DNA of 18,670 nucleotides from an uncultured Clostridia bacterium (GTDB taxonomy: Bacteria; Bacillota; Clostridia; TANB77; CAG-465): contig CALWOE010000025.1 of the NCBI GenBank assembly GCA_944383035.1, positions 1 to 18,670 of the forward strand, given 5' to 3'. Positions 1 through 7,795 of this stretch are shown piece by piece. The translations under genes were made by a program, and so were the position numbers. Numbering within the stretch: the first letter of the stretch is position 1; the number at the start of each line of letters is the position of its first letter. A model generated the notes under the pieces. That model was not told where the DNA came from and did not search any database. It worked only from the letters and a program-made list of their open reading frames with translations.

Positions 1-22
1 AAGAAAAATTTGACAAAAAAAT

Positions 23-53
23 TAAGCATTACTAATGCTTATATCGTTTTTTT
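23..53 (+). terminator. Putative intrinsic terminator of an upstream off-window gene
   Basis: 8-bp hairpin taagcatt (23-30) / aatgctta (34-41) with a 3-nt loop, then a T7 run at 47-53 after a 5-nt spacer. Confidence 0.4.
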
Positions 54-80
54 ATTTAGTCAACTGTCAAATTCCCGTTT

Positions 81-89
81 TGTTATAAT
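81..89 (+). promoter_or_regulatory. Extended -10 promoter element (TGtTATAAT)
   Basis: tgttataat at 81-89. No good -35 at 17-nt spacing (caactg), which an extended -10 can tolerate. The predicted TSS near 96 coincides with the start of a 10-bp hairpin. Confidence 0.45.
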
Positions 90-169
90 ATTTACTATCA
101 GTTACATTTTCCCGATACTAACTGATAGATATATTTTTGAACTATAGTAAACTTCATTTTTTCGGGTAG

Positions 170-207
170 AAGGTAAGTATGTGAGTGTCATATATTTACC
201 TTTTTTT
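170..207 (+). terminator. Intrinsic terminator closing a ~110-nt leader or small RNA upstream of the 338..2708 operon
   Basis: Stem 170-182 (aaggtaagtatgt) pairs with 190-202 (acatatatttacctt-type arm; core aaggtaa/ttacctt plus A-U and G-U pairs). Loop is gagtgtc and a T7 run ends at 207. Confidence 0.6.
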
Positions 208-337
208 ATTTGTAAAATCTTGACAAATATTGTATTTTCGTGTTGTTTAATGTATAATTTAATAAAAGATTATATAATGAGAATTAGTTTATTTAATATT
301 TTTTAATAAACTAATTGTTGTAATATTAAGGAGAAAT

Positions 338-1447
338 ATGAAAATAATTAGTAAAGATAATTATATAAAAAAAATGATAACAAATAGAGATATTGGTAAA
401 AGAGAGCTTAAAAGCTTATTTGCAATATTATATCAAGATGAAAAGTTAAAAAGTAATGTTACAAAAAAAGAAATAGTTACAAAAATAATAGATAAATATA
501 TAGCAGATTCAGATATTATATTTAAGATAATAAATGTAAATATTTTAAGTCTTTTAAAACAGGTATATAAAAAAGGTCAAATTACGATACCATCAAGTGA
601 TGAAAATATTGATAAATCACTTTTGTTATATTATTATTTTTTGGTAGATTTGGATTTCAAAAAAGGAGAAATAATATTAAATAAATTAGATTTTCTTGAT
701 GATAGTATAGGAACTGTGTTAAATAAACTTACAACAGAACAGATTAATAAAAGACAAGAAACATTAAATTTAATAAAAGGGATACTTTATGCATATGGTA
801 TGATTTCTGTTCAAGATTTAAAGTTTATATTAAAAAAATATGTAAAAGATGTATCGGATGAATTAATAGAGGATTATATAAATTTAGATGATGATCTTTT
901 GCGAGACTTTGAATATCAATTAATTGATTTTGAAAATATTAGTGATGTTAAGTTTATAAAACATAATTTAATTACACAAGAATATATAGATATAAATGAT
1001 CAGATATTAAATTTTCCAAAAAAAGTTTTTTTAAAAAAGGAATATTTATTAATTGCAAAATATAAATTTTATAGTGAAAATTATAAAGTGTTTGAGGATA
1101 TAAAATTATTAATTGGGAAAAACTATTTTAATGATTTTTGTGACGTTATTTTAGAAGAAGTAAATGTAAATTATGATAAAAATCAAATACTTGCGTATTT
1201 ATTTGAATTTTTAAGATATAATGAACATTTATCAGGGAGTGGATTTTTTAATTTAATACAAAGATTAATTGAATCTTTAGAATATACAAATTTATGGCCA
1301 TTTGGTGGTTACAGCTTCTTTGAGATTAGTAAAACTATAGATTTTAGTGATTTTGATAGAAGATCTAATAAAAAGAGTAAATTAAAAAAAGAAGATTTTA
1401 AATTAATAAAAAATAATAATGGAAATAATGGTGAAAAAAATGAATGA
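338..1447 (+). CDS. Hypothetical protein, 369 aa, no recognisable motif, translationally coupled to hflX
   Basis: Long ORF with SD aaggag 6 nt upstream of the ATG. Its stop overlaps the candidate hflX starts (8-29 nt overlap). Predicted soluble, helical and Lys/Asn-rich. I see no catalytic or binding motif. Confidence 0.7.
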   Translation: MKIISKDNYIKKMITNRDIGKRELKSLFAILYQDEKLKSNVTKKEIVTKIIDKYIADSDIIFKIINVNILSLLKQVYKKGQITIPSSDENIDKSLLLYYYFLVDLDFKKGEIILNKLDFLDDSIGTVLNKLTTEQINKRQETLNLIKGILYAYGMISVQDLKFILKKYVKDVSDELIEDYINLDDDLLRDFEYQLIDFENISDVKFIKHNLITQEYIDINDQILNFPKKVFLKKEYLLIAKYKFYSENYKVFEDIKLLIGKNYFNDFCDVILEEVNVNYDKNQILAYLFEFLRYNEHLSGSGFFNLIQRLIESLEYTNLWPFGGYSFFEISKTIDFSDFDRRSNKKSKLKKEDFKLIKNNNGNNGEKNE

Positions 1448-2708
1448 TGAGTTAAAACCTAAAGCATTAATTGTAGGTGTAAATTTAAGAAATGATAAAA
1501 ACTTTTCTTATTCTATAGAAGAGTTAAAAAATTTAGTATATGCTTGTAATATGGATGTAGTAGGAGTTATTACACAAAATTTAGAGAATATAAATAAACC
1601 TTACTATATTGGTACTGGAAAAATAGAAGATATAAATATTGGTATAAATCAATGTCAAGCTGATATTGTTGTATTTGATAATGAGTTATCGCCAGTTCAA
1701 CTTAGAAATTTAGAAAAGAAATTAAATATTTCAATACTTGATAGAACAGGTTTAATTTTAGAGATTTTTAGATCAAGAGCTAAAACCAAAGAAGCAAAAT
1801 TACAAGTAGAATTAGCAAAATTAGAATATTCACTTCCAAGACTTGTAGGACTTCATGATTCACTTGGAAGACAAGCAGGAAGCAGTACTCTTAGTAATAA
1901 AGGAAGTGGAGAGAAAAAAATAGAATTAGACAGAAGAAAAATTGAAAATAAAATATATGAATTAAAGAAAAGATTAGATGAATTAGAAAAGATCAGAAAT
2001 AATCAAAAGAAAAGAAGAAAAAATTCAAATATTCCAATTGTAGCATTAGTGGGCTACACTAATGCTGGTAAATCAACTTTAATGAATGCATATATAGATA
2101 CATATAAAAAAGATGAAGACAAAAAAGTATATGAAGAAAATATGCTTTTTGCAACACTTGATACAACTGTACGAAACATTGAAATATCAGAAAATAAAAA
2201 TATACTTTTGTCTGATACAGTTGGGTTTGTAAGTAAACTTCCACATAGTTTAATAAAAGCATTTAGGTCAACATTAAATGAAATAAAAGATGCAGATTTA
2301 ATTTTACATGTAATTGATTATAGTGATGAAAAATATGAAGAATATGAAAAAGTTACAACAAATACTTTAAAAGAAATTGGAGTAGACGAAAGCATTCCAA
2401 TAATAAAAGTATATAATAAATCAGATTTAATGTTAGATAGATTACCACTTGTTGAAGATAAAAATACAATATATATTTCAGCTTTAAAAAGATATGGAAT
2501 TTATGAATTATCAAAATTAATTGAAAATATTTTATTTAAAAATTATATAAAATGCAAAATGCAAATTCCTTTTCAAGATGGTGATATTTTATCATATTTA
2601 AACGATAATGCTCATATTATAAATACAAAATATAATGAACAGGGAACGCTTATTGAACTAGAATGCAAACCACAAGATTATAGCAAATATAAAAAATATG
2701 TAGTATAA
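1419..2708 (+). CDS. hflX: GTPase HflX
   Basis: HflX N-domain signature (LEYSLPRL...GEKKIELDRR). G1 is GYTNAGKST, G3 is DTVGF and G4 is NKSD. The start is ambiguous: ATGs at 1419, 1428 and 1440. The 1440 ATG has a weak ggtga SD and an ATGAATGA-type overlap with the upstream stop. Confidence 0.93.
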   Translation: MEIMVKKMNDELKPKALIVGVNLRNDKNFSYSIEELKNLVYACNMDVVGVITQNLENINKPYYIGTGKIEDINIGINQCQADIVVFDNELSPVQLRNLEKKLNISILDRTGLILEIFRSRAKTKEAKLQVELAKLEYSLPRLVGLHDSLGRQAGSSTLSNKGSGEKKIELDRRKIENKIYELKKRLDELEKIRNNQKKRRKNSNIPIVALVGYTNAGKSTLMNAYIDTYKKDEDKKVYEENMLFATLDTTVRNIEISENKNILLSDTVGFVSKLPHSLIKAFRSTLNEIKDADLILHVIDYSDEKYEEYEKVTTNTLKEIGVDESIPIIKVYNKSDLMLDRLPLVEDKNTIYISALKRYGIYELSKLIENILFKNYIKCKMQIPFQDGDILSYLNDNAHIINTKYNEQGTLIELECKPQDYSKYKKYVV

Positions 2709-2716
2709 TGTTAAAG

Positions 2717-2749
2717 AGGAAAAAATTTCTATTTTTTCCTTTTTATTTT
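2717..2749 (+). terminator. Intrinsic terminator after hflX
   Basis: Perfect 10-bp stem aggaaaaaat (2717-2726) / attttttcct (2731-2740), loop ttct, followed by ttttatttt. Confidence 0.8.
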
Positions 2750-2772
2750 ATAAATATACAAAAGAGGAAATT

Positions 2773-3591
2773 ATGGAGATTATATTGTTTTTTCTAAAGG
2801 ATGTTTTTTTACCTATAATTATTACTGTTATAACTCTTTTACTTGGAATTTTGATAGATTACAAAAAAAATAAACCAGTAATTCTTGTATCTCATGATGA
2901 ACATGGAAAAAATTTAAAAATAGATTTAAATAGTAAAATAAGTTATTTAGATGGATTTTTTTATGATAAGAGAAAATATAATGAAGAATTAGTAAACTTT
3001 TTAAAAAAGAAAAAATATTATATATTTTTCAACTTACCAAATTTATTGGATGATTTGGTTATATATTTTAGAAATAAAGATGTTAAAACTAATAGTTTAA
3101 ATTTTTATAGTGCAAATAAATATTTAGTTAAAGATATACTAGTAAAATTTAAAAATGATGAAGATTTTCTTGAAATATTAAAAAAATATGAGACGTACAA
3201 AGATAATTCAAAATGGTTAATAAAATTTACTAATATTGGAAAAAGTGAAGCATATGATTTTAAAATAGTTGAACTAGTTGAAAATAAAGGTAATAGTGTA
3301 ATTTATACCAAAACTTTAAATAAAGGAGATAGTTATAATTTAATTTTATATTATTTTGATAAATCTATAAGAGTAAATACATTCAATTATTCATATAAAA
3401 GTAAATTTGAGTTTGGTTATTCAAAAACTGAAAAAATAGAATTTTATCTTATAAATAAAAAAAGATATAACAAAAAAGACGAAAAATTGTTTATAGTAGA
3501 ATATAAAGATTCCAACGCAAGAAAAAAAGAATATTATTTTTGTGCAAAAAATATAAAGCAAAAAGAATTAAATAAAAAAAATTACAAATAA
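2773..3591 (+). CDS. Hypothetical membrane-anchored protein, 272 aa
   Basis: SD agagga upstream. N-terminal hydrophobic helix (FLPIIITVITLLLGILI) followed by a Lys/Asn/Tyr-rich soluble region. No recognisable motif. Confidence 0.65.
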   Translation: MEIILFFLKDVFLPIIITVITLLLGILIDYKKNKPVILVSHDEHGKNLKIDLNSKISYLDGFFYDKRKYNEELVNFLKKKKYYIFFNLPNLLDDLVIYFRNKDVKTNSLNFYSANKYLVKDILVKFKNDEDFLEILKKYETYKDNSKWLIKFTNIGKSEAYDFKIVELVENKGNSVIYTKTLNKGDSYNLILYYFDKSIRVNTFNYSYKSKFEFGYSKTEKIEFYLINKKRYNKKDEKLFIVEYKDSNARKKEYYFCAKNIKQKELNKKNYK

Positions 3592-3598
3592 TAATTGT

Positions 3599-3946
3599 AT
3601 GATATATGTAGTTAGTTTTTTAGTAGGAATTTTAAATGGACTTTTTGCAAGTGGAGCTGGACAATTTTTAGTTTTTTATTTAATTTATATTTTAAAGACG
3701 GAAACACATAAAGCAAGAGCTCTTAGTGTTTCCGTTTTATCTATATCAAGTATTATATCAATTATAGGATATAAAAATTATACCAATGTAAATTACTTAT
3801 ATCTTTTAATAATATTTTTTATAGCTATAATATCTTCATATCTTGGAACTAAAATAATGAAAAATTTAAGAGCAGAAATAATAAATTTGATATCTGGAAT
3901 TTTAATAGTAAGTCTTACAATAATAAGATTTTTCTTAGGAGGTTAA
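3599..3946 (+). CDS. Half-size (about 4-TM) TSUP / TauE-SafE family membrane protein
   Basis: 115 aa, almost entirely hydrophobic. Gly-rich first-helix motif GLFASGAGQFLVF resembles the TSUP GxGGG motif. No obvious SD. Confidence 0.65.
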   Translation: MIYVVSFLVGILNGLFASGAGQFLVFYLIYILKTETHKARALSVSVLSISSIISIIGYKNYTNVNYLYLLIIFFIAIISSYLGTKIMKNLRAEIINLISGILIVSLTIIRFFLGG

Positions 3947-3947
3947 T

Positions 3948-4352
3948 ATGATTTTTAAATTTGTAATTATAGCATTTGTAAGCTCAGTAATTGCAAGTAT
4001 GGGAATTGGTGGAGGTTCAATATTTATACTACTTTCATCACTTTTTAATCTTTTTCCATATAAAGAAGTAAAATTCTATAATTTATTTATGTTTATAATA
4101 ACAGGTTTTATAGCAACTATTTTTAACATAAAAAACAAAAAAGTAAATTTAAAAGAAATTATAAAAATAGTATTACCAGTTATTTTTGGTAGTATGTTTG
4201 GGATTTTTTTATTAAAATTTATTGATGATAATATATTAAGAAGTATTTTCTATATAATAATAATGTTTTTTGGAATATATGAAATAATTTCAAGTTTAAT
4301 TAAAATAAAAAATGCAAAAGATAATAAAAAAAGAAAGGAGGCGTTATTATGA
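3948..4352 (+). CDS. Half-size (about 4-TM) TSUP / TauE-SafE family membrane protein
   Basis: 134 aa with the motif SMGIGGGSIFILL typical of TSUP repeat units. A strong SD aggagg lies inside the end of the preceding gene, and the ATG is 1 nt after its stop. Confidence 0.7.
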   Translation: MIFKFVIIAFVSSVIASMGIGGGSIFILLSSLFNLFPYKEVKFYNLFMFIITGFIATIFNIKNKKVNLKEIIKIVLPVIFGSMFGIFLLKFIDDNILRSIFYIIIMFFGIYEIISSLIKIKNAKDNKKRKEALL

Positions 4353-4486
4353 AATTTGCAAAAGGTGCTGTAATTGGAATGATAGCCGGAACTGTTCTAG
4401 GAGTTATGAATAGTGAGAATATAAAAACTGCTTTTAATAAAACAAAGCATGAAGTTAAAAAAATGAAAAAGAAATATCATATGTAA
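4349..4486 (+). CDS. Small 45-aa protein with a Gly-zipper helix (YtxH-like), absent from the ORF track
   Basis: ATGA start/stop overlap with the preceding gene and SD aaaggagg at 4334-4341. Translation is MKFAKGAVIGMIAGTVLGVMNSENIKTAFNKTKHEVKKMKKKYHM. A terminator follows. Confidence 0.55.
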   Translation: MKFAKGAVIGMIAGTVLGVMNSENIKTAFNKTKHEVKKMKKKYHM

Positions 4487-4495
4487 TTTTTAAGT

Positions 4496-4528
4496 AAGGT
4501 GTATTTAAAAAAATATACCTTATATTTT
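4496..4528 (+). terminator. Putative intrinsic terminator after the TSUP/small-peptide genes
   Basis: 9-bp stem aaggtgtat (4496-4504) / atatacctt (4513-4521) with one G-U pair, 8-nt A-rich loop, then atatttt. Confidence 0.5.
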
Positions 4529-4551
4529 AATGTTATATTTTTGTTATTTTG

Positions 4552-4580
4552 TTGATTTTTGTTTTTAAATAATATATACT
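4552..4580 (+). promoter_or_regulatory. Putative sigma-A promoter of pflB
   Basis: TTGATT (4552-4557), 17-nt spacer, TATACT (4575-4580), about 30 nt upstream of the pflB SD. Confidence 0.45.
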
Positions 4581-4610
4581 AAATCTGTATGATAAAAATA
4601 AGGAGGAAAT

Positions 4611-6854
4611 ATGGAGGATATTAAAAAATTAGCATGGAAAAACTTTAATAAAGGTGTTTGGTGTGATAAGGTGGATGTAAGAGATTTTATATTAAAAAAT
4701 TATTCACCATACACAGGAGATGATTCATTTCTTTCAGGACCTACAGAAAAAACTACAAAATTATGGGAAAAAGTATCAAAACTGATGGAAGATGAAAGAC
4801 AAAATGGTGGAGTATTAGATGCGGATACATCAATAATATCAACTATAAATTCTCATGATGCAGGTTATGTAGATAAAGATTTAGAAATAATAGTTGGTTT
4901 ACAAACAGATAAACCATTAAAAAGAGCTATGATGCCAAATGGTGGTATAAGAACAGCAAAAGGTGCATTAGAAGAATTTGGATATAAAATGGATGAAAAT
5001 GTAGTAAATATTTATGAAAATTATAGAAAAACTCATAATCAAGGAGTTTTTGATGCATATACTCCAGAAATCAGAGCTTGTAGAAAAAGTGGAATAATAA
5101 CTGGACTTCCAGATGCATATGGTAGAGGAAGAATAATAGGTGATTACAGAAGACTTGCACTATATGGACTAAATTTTTTAATTGAACAAAAAGAATTAGA
5201 TAAAAAAAGACTTGAAGTAGATACTATGACAGAAGAGGTTATAAGAAGACGTGAAGAAGTTACAGAACAAATAAATGCATTAAAAGAATTGGGAGAAATG
5301 ACTAAAAAATATGGTATTGATGTTTCATATCCTGCTATAAATGCAAAAGAAGCTGTTCAATTTACATATTTTGCTTATCTTGCAGCAATAAAAGAACAAA
5401 ATGGTGCTGCAATGAGTTTAGGTAGAGTATCAACATTTTTAGATATATATATTAAAAGAGACATGGATGCTGGTTTATTAACTGAAGAACAAGCGCAAGA
5501 ATTAATGGATCAATTTATTATAAAATTAAGAATGGTAAGATTTTTAAGAACAAAAGCATATAATGCTTTATTTGCTGGTGATCCAAACTGGGTAACAGAA
5601 TCTATTGGCGGAATGAGTAATAATGGTAATACACTTGTTACAAAAAATTCATTTAGAGTGCTTCAAACTCTATATAATTTGGGACCTGCACCCGAACCAA
5701 ATTTAACTGTATTGTGGTCTAATAAATTACCTGATGGATTTAAAAAATATTGTGCAAAGGTTTCAATAGATACTAGTGCAATACAATATGAAAATGACGA
5801 CTTAATGAGAGAATACTATGGAGATGATTATTCTATAGCTTGTTGCGTATCTGCAATGAGAACTGGAAAACAAATGCAATTTTTTGGTGCAAGATGTAAT
5901 TTGGCAAAATCACTTTTATATGCTATAAATTCTGGAAAAGATGAAATATCTGGTGTTCAAGTAGGACCAGAAGTATCAGAACTTACAGGTGAATATTTAG
6001 ACTATGATGAAGTAATGAAAAGACTTGATAATGTATTTGATTGGGTGGCAGGAGTATATATAAATGCACTTAATATAATACATTATATGCATGATAAATA
6101 TTGTTACGAAAGATTACAAATGGCTTTTCATGATTTAGATATAAAAAGAACTATGGCGTGTGGAATTGCGGGATTATCTGTAGTAGTTGATTCTTTAAGT
6201 GCAATTAAATATGCAAAAGTAAAACCAATAAGAGATGAAAGAGGAATAGCTGTAGATTTTGAAGTGGAAGGAGAATATCCATGCTTTGGTAATGATGATG
6301 AAAGAGTTGATGAGATAGCATTAAAAGTACAAAAAATGTTTATGGATAAATTGAAAAAACATCCTACATATAGAAATTCAGAACAAACAATGTCAATTCT
6401 TACAATAACATCAAATGTCGTTTATGGTGAAAAAACAGGAACAACTCCTGATGGTAGACAAAAAGGAGAGCCTTTTGCACCTGGAGCAAATCCAATGTAT
6501 AATAGAGAAAAAAGTGGTATAATAGCAGCTTTAAATTCTGTAGCAAAACTTGATTATGAAGAAAGTTTAGATGGAATATCTTATACATTTTCATTTGTAC
6601 CATCTGTTCTTGGAAAAGATAAAGATGAAAAAGTAGATACATTAAAAGTATTACTTGATTCATATTTTGAACAATGTGGACATCATTTAAATGTAAATGT
6701 ATTTGACAGAGAAGTATTATTAGATGCAATGGATCATCCAGAAAAATATCCTCAACTAACAATAAGAGTATCTGGATATGCTGTTAATTTTGTAAAATTA
6801 TCAAGAAAACATCAATTAGATGTTATAGCAAGAACATTCCATGATAAAAGATAA
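4611..6854 (+). CDS. pflB: Pyruvate formate-lyase (formate C-acetyltransferase)
   Basis: 747 aa. Glycyl-radical motif RVSGYAVNF near the C-terminus and the catalytic Cys pair in IACCVSAM. Overall PFL-type sequence. SD aggagg upstream. Confidence 0.97.
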   Translation: MEDIKKLAWKNFNKGVWCDKVDVRDFILKNYSPYTGDDSFLSGPTEKTTKLWEKVSKLMEDERQNGGVLDADTSIISTINSHDAGYVDKDLEIIVGLQTDKPLKRAMMPNGGIRTAKGALEEFGYKMDENVVNIYENYRKTHNQGVFDAYTPEIRACRKSGIITGLPDAYGRGRIIGDYRRLALYGLNFLIEQKELDKKRLEVDTMTEEVIRRREEVTEQINALKELGEMTKKYGIDVSYPAINAKEAVQFTYFAYLAAIKEQNGAAMSLGRVSTFLDIYIKRDMDAGLLTEEQAQELMDQFIIKLRMVRFLRTKAYNALFAGDPNWVTESIGGMSNNGNTLVTKNSFRVLQTLYNLGPAPEPNLTVLWSNKLPDGFKKYCAKVSIDTSAIQYENDDLMREYYGDDYSIACCVSAMRTGKQMQFFGARCNLAKSLLYAINSGKDEISGVQVGPEVSELTGEYLDYDEVMKRLDNVFDWVAGVYINALNIIHYMHDKYCYERLQMAFHDLDIKRTMACGIAGLSVVVDSLSAIKYAKVKPIRDERGIAVDFEVEGEYPCFGNDDERVDEIALKVQKMFMDKLKKHPTYRNSEQTMSILTITSNVVYGEKTGTTPDGRQKGEPFAPGANPMYNREKSGIIAALNSVAKLDYEESLDGISYTFSFVPSVLGKDKDEKVDTLKVLLDSYFEQCGHHLNVNVFDREVLLDAMDHPEKYPQLTIRVSGYAVNFVKLSRKHQLDVIARTFHDKR

Positions 6855-6884
6855 AATAATAATTTAAAAGTAAGATAAAATCAT

Positions 6885-6955
6885 GGCTCTATAATAAATG
6901 TTGGAGTGAAAATACACCTCAACATTTATTATAGAGCCTAATTTTCTTTTTTTAA
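6885..6955 (+). terminator. Strong intrinsic terminator after pflB
   Basis: Arms 6885-6908 and 6915-6938 form a 19-bp perfect stem (ggctctataataaatgttg / caacatttattatagagcc) plus partial pairing near the loop, followed by a T-rich tract ttttcttttttt. Confidence 0.85.
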
Positions 6956-7010
6956 TTTATTATTTTATAAAAAAAATTAATAAAACATTTTCAATTTGTA
7001 AAAAATATAG

Positions 7011-7016
7011 TATAAT
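7011..7016 (+). promoter_or_regulatory. Possible -10 box (TATAAT) for pflA
   Basis: tataat at 7011-7016, downstream of the pflB terminator and about 25 nt before the pflA start. The -35 is poor (ttttca). Confidence 0.35.
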
Positions 7017-7042
7017 AAAAAACGGTTATAATGGAGGAATTT

Positions 7043-7771
7043 ATGATAGGTAGAATACATTCAATAGAAAGTTTTAGTAAAGTTGACGGACCAGGTGTAA
7101 GATTTGTTGTATTTATGCAAGGATGTAATTTAAGATGTAGCTTTTGCCATAATCCAGATACTTGGGCTGTAAATGCAGGTGAAGAATTTACAGTAGATGA
7201 ATTAGTAAATAGAATTTTAAGTGTTAAAAATTATTTAAAAAATGGAAATGGGGGGGTTACATTTTCTGGTGGTGAACCAATGCTCCAAGCAAAGTTTTTA
7301 ACTCTTGTTTGTAAAAAATTAAAAGAAAATAATATTCATATTGCACTTGATACAGCAGGATGTTTTGATATAGAAAATGAAGATGTAAATGAACTTTTGA
7401 AATATGTAGATTTAGTACTTTTTGATATTAAACAAATAAAAAATAAATATCATAAAATGTTAACAGGTGTTCCAAATGATAAAATATTAAAAATGGCAGA
7501 ATATATATCAAATACATTAAATATAAAAATGAGAATAAGAGTTGTTTATATGCCTGGTATTACAGATGTTGAAAATTCGTTGTATGTTTTAAAGAAGTTT
7601 ATAAAAACTTTAAAAAATGTAGAAAAGGTGGATATTTTACCTTATCATGAAATGGGTATATATAAATGGGAAAAACTTGGTATGCAGTATAAGTTAAAGG
7701 ATGTTAAAGTCCCAACAAATGAACAAGTACACCAAGTTGAAGAATTTTTTGAAGAACAAAATAATAAATAG
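7043..7771 (+). CDS. pflA: Pyruvate formate-lyase activating enzyme (radical SAM)
   Basis: CNLRCSFCHN CxxxCxxC cluster motif and the N-terminus GRIHSIESFSKVDGPGVRFVVFMQGC typical of PFL activases. The ORF opens at 7031, but GGAGG at 7033-7037 favours the ATG at 7043. Confidence 0.95.
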   Translation: MIGRIHSIESFSKVDGPGVRFVVFMQGCNLRCSFCHNPDTWAVNAGEEFTVDELVNRILSVKNYLKNGNGGVTFSGGEPMLQAKFLTLVCKKLKENNIHIALDTAGCFDIENEDVNELLKYVDLVLFDIKQIKNKYHKMLTGVPNDKILKMAEYISNTLNIKMRIRVVYMPGITDVENSLYVLKKFIKTLKNVEKVDILPYHEMGIYKWEKLGMQYKLKDVKVPTNEQVHQVEEFFEEQNNK

Positions 7772-7795
7772 TGTAAAAGCTATTTATTATTTTTT
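7764..7795. terminator. Hairpin shared by the convergent ends of pflA and cca (possible bidirectional terminator)
   Basis: Perfect 8-bp stem ataaatag (7764-7771) / ctatttat (7780-7787), 8-nt loop. T-run on the + strand (7788-7795) and a T-rich tract on the - strand. The arms overlap both stop codons. Confidence 0.45.

Noticed and set aside
220-258. TTGACA (220-225) plus TATAAT (253-258) as a canonical promoter for the 338 gene
   Set aside because: The 27-nt spacing is incompatible with a single sigma-A promoter. Either box might work with a weak partner, but I cannot support a specific call.
2059-2262. 67-aa ORF antisense to hflX
   Set aside because: It lies entirely inside a strongly supported gene on the opposite strand. 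The translation is low-complexity Leu/Tyr/Gln-rich, as expected from reverse-reading AT-rich coding DNA, and there is no SD.
4487-4610. Possible ZTP (pfl-motif) riboswitch upstream of pflB
   Set aside because: The pfl motif was named for pfl-associated leaders, so I checked this region. It is almost pure A/T and lacks the GC-rich conserved cores (GGGUCG..., CCGCCUGGGC-like). It holds only a terminator, a promoter and an SD.
6400-6762. 120-aa ORF antisense to pflB
   Set aside because: It is embedded in the highly conserved C-terminal region of pflB, and its Leu/His-rich translation is a typical antisense artefact.
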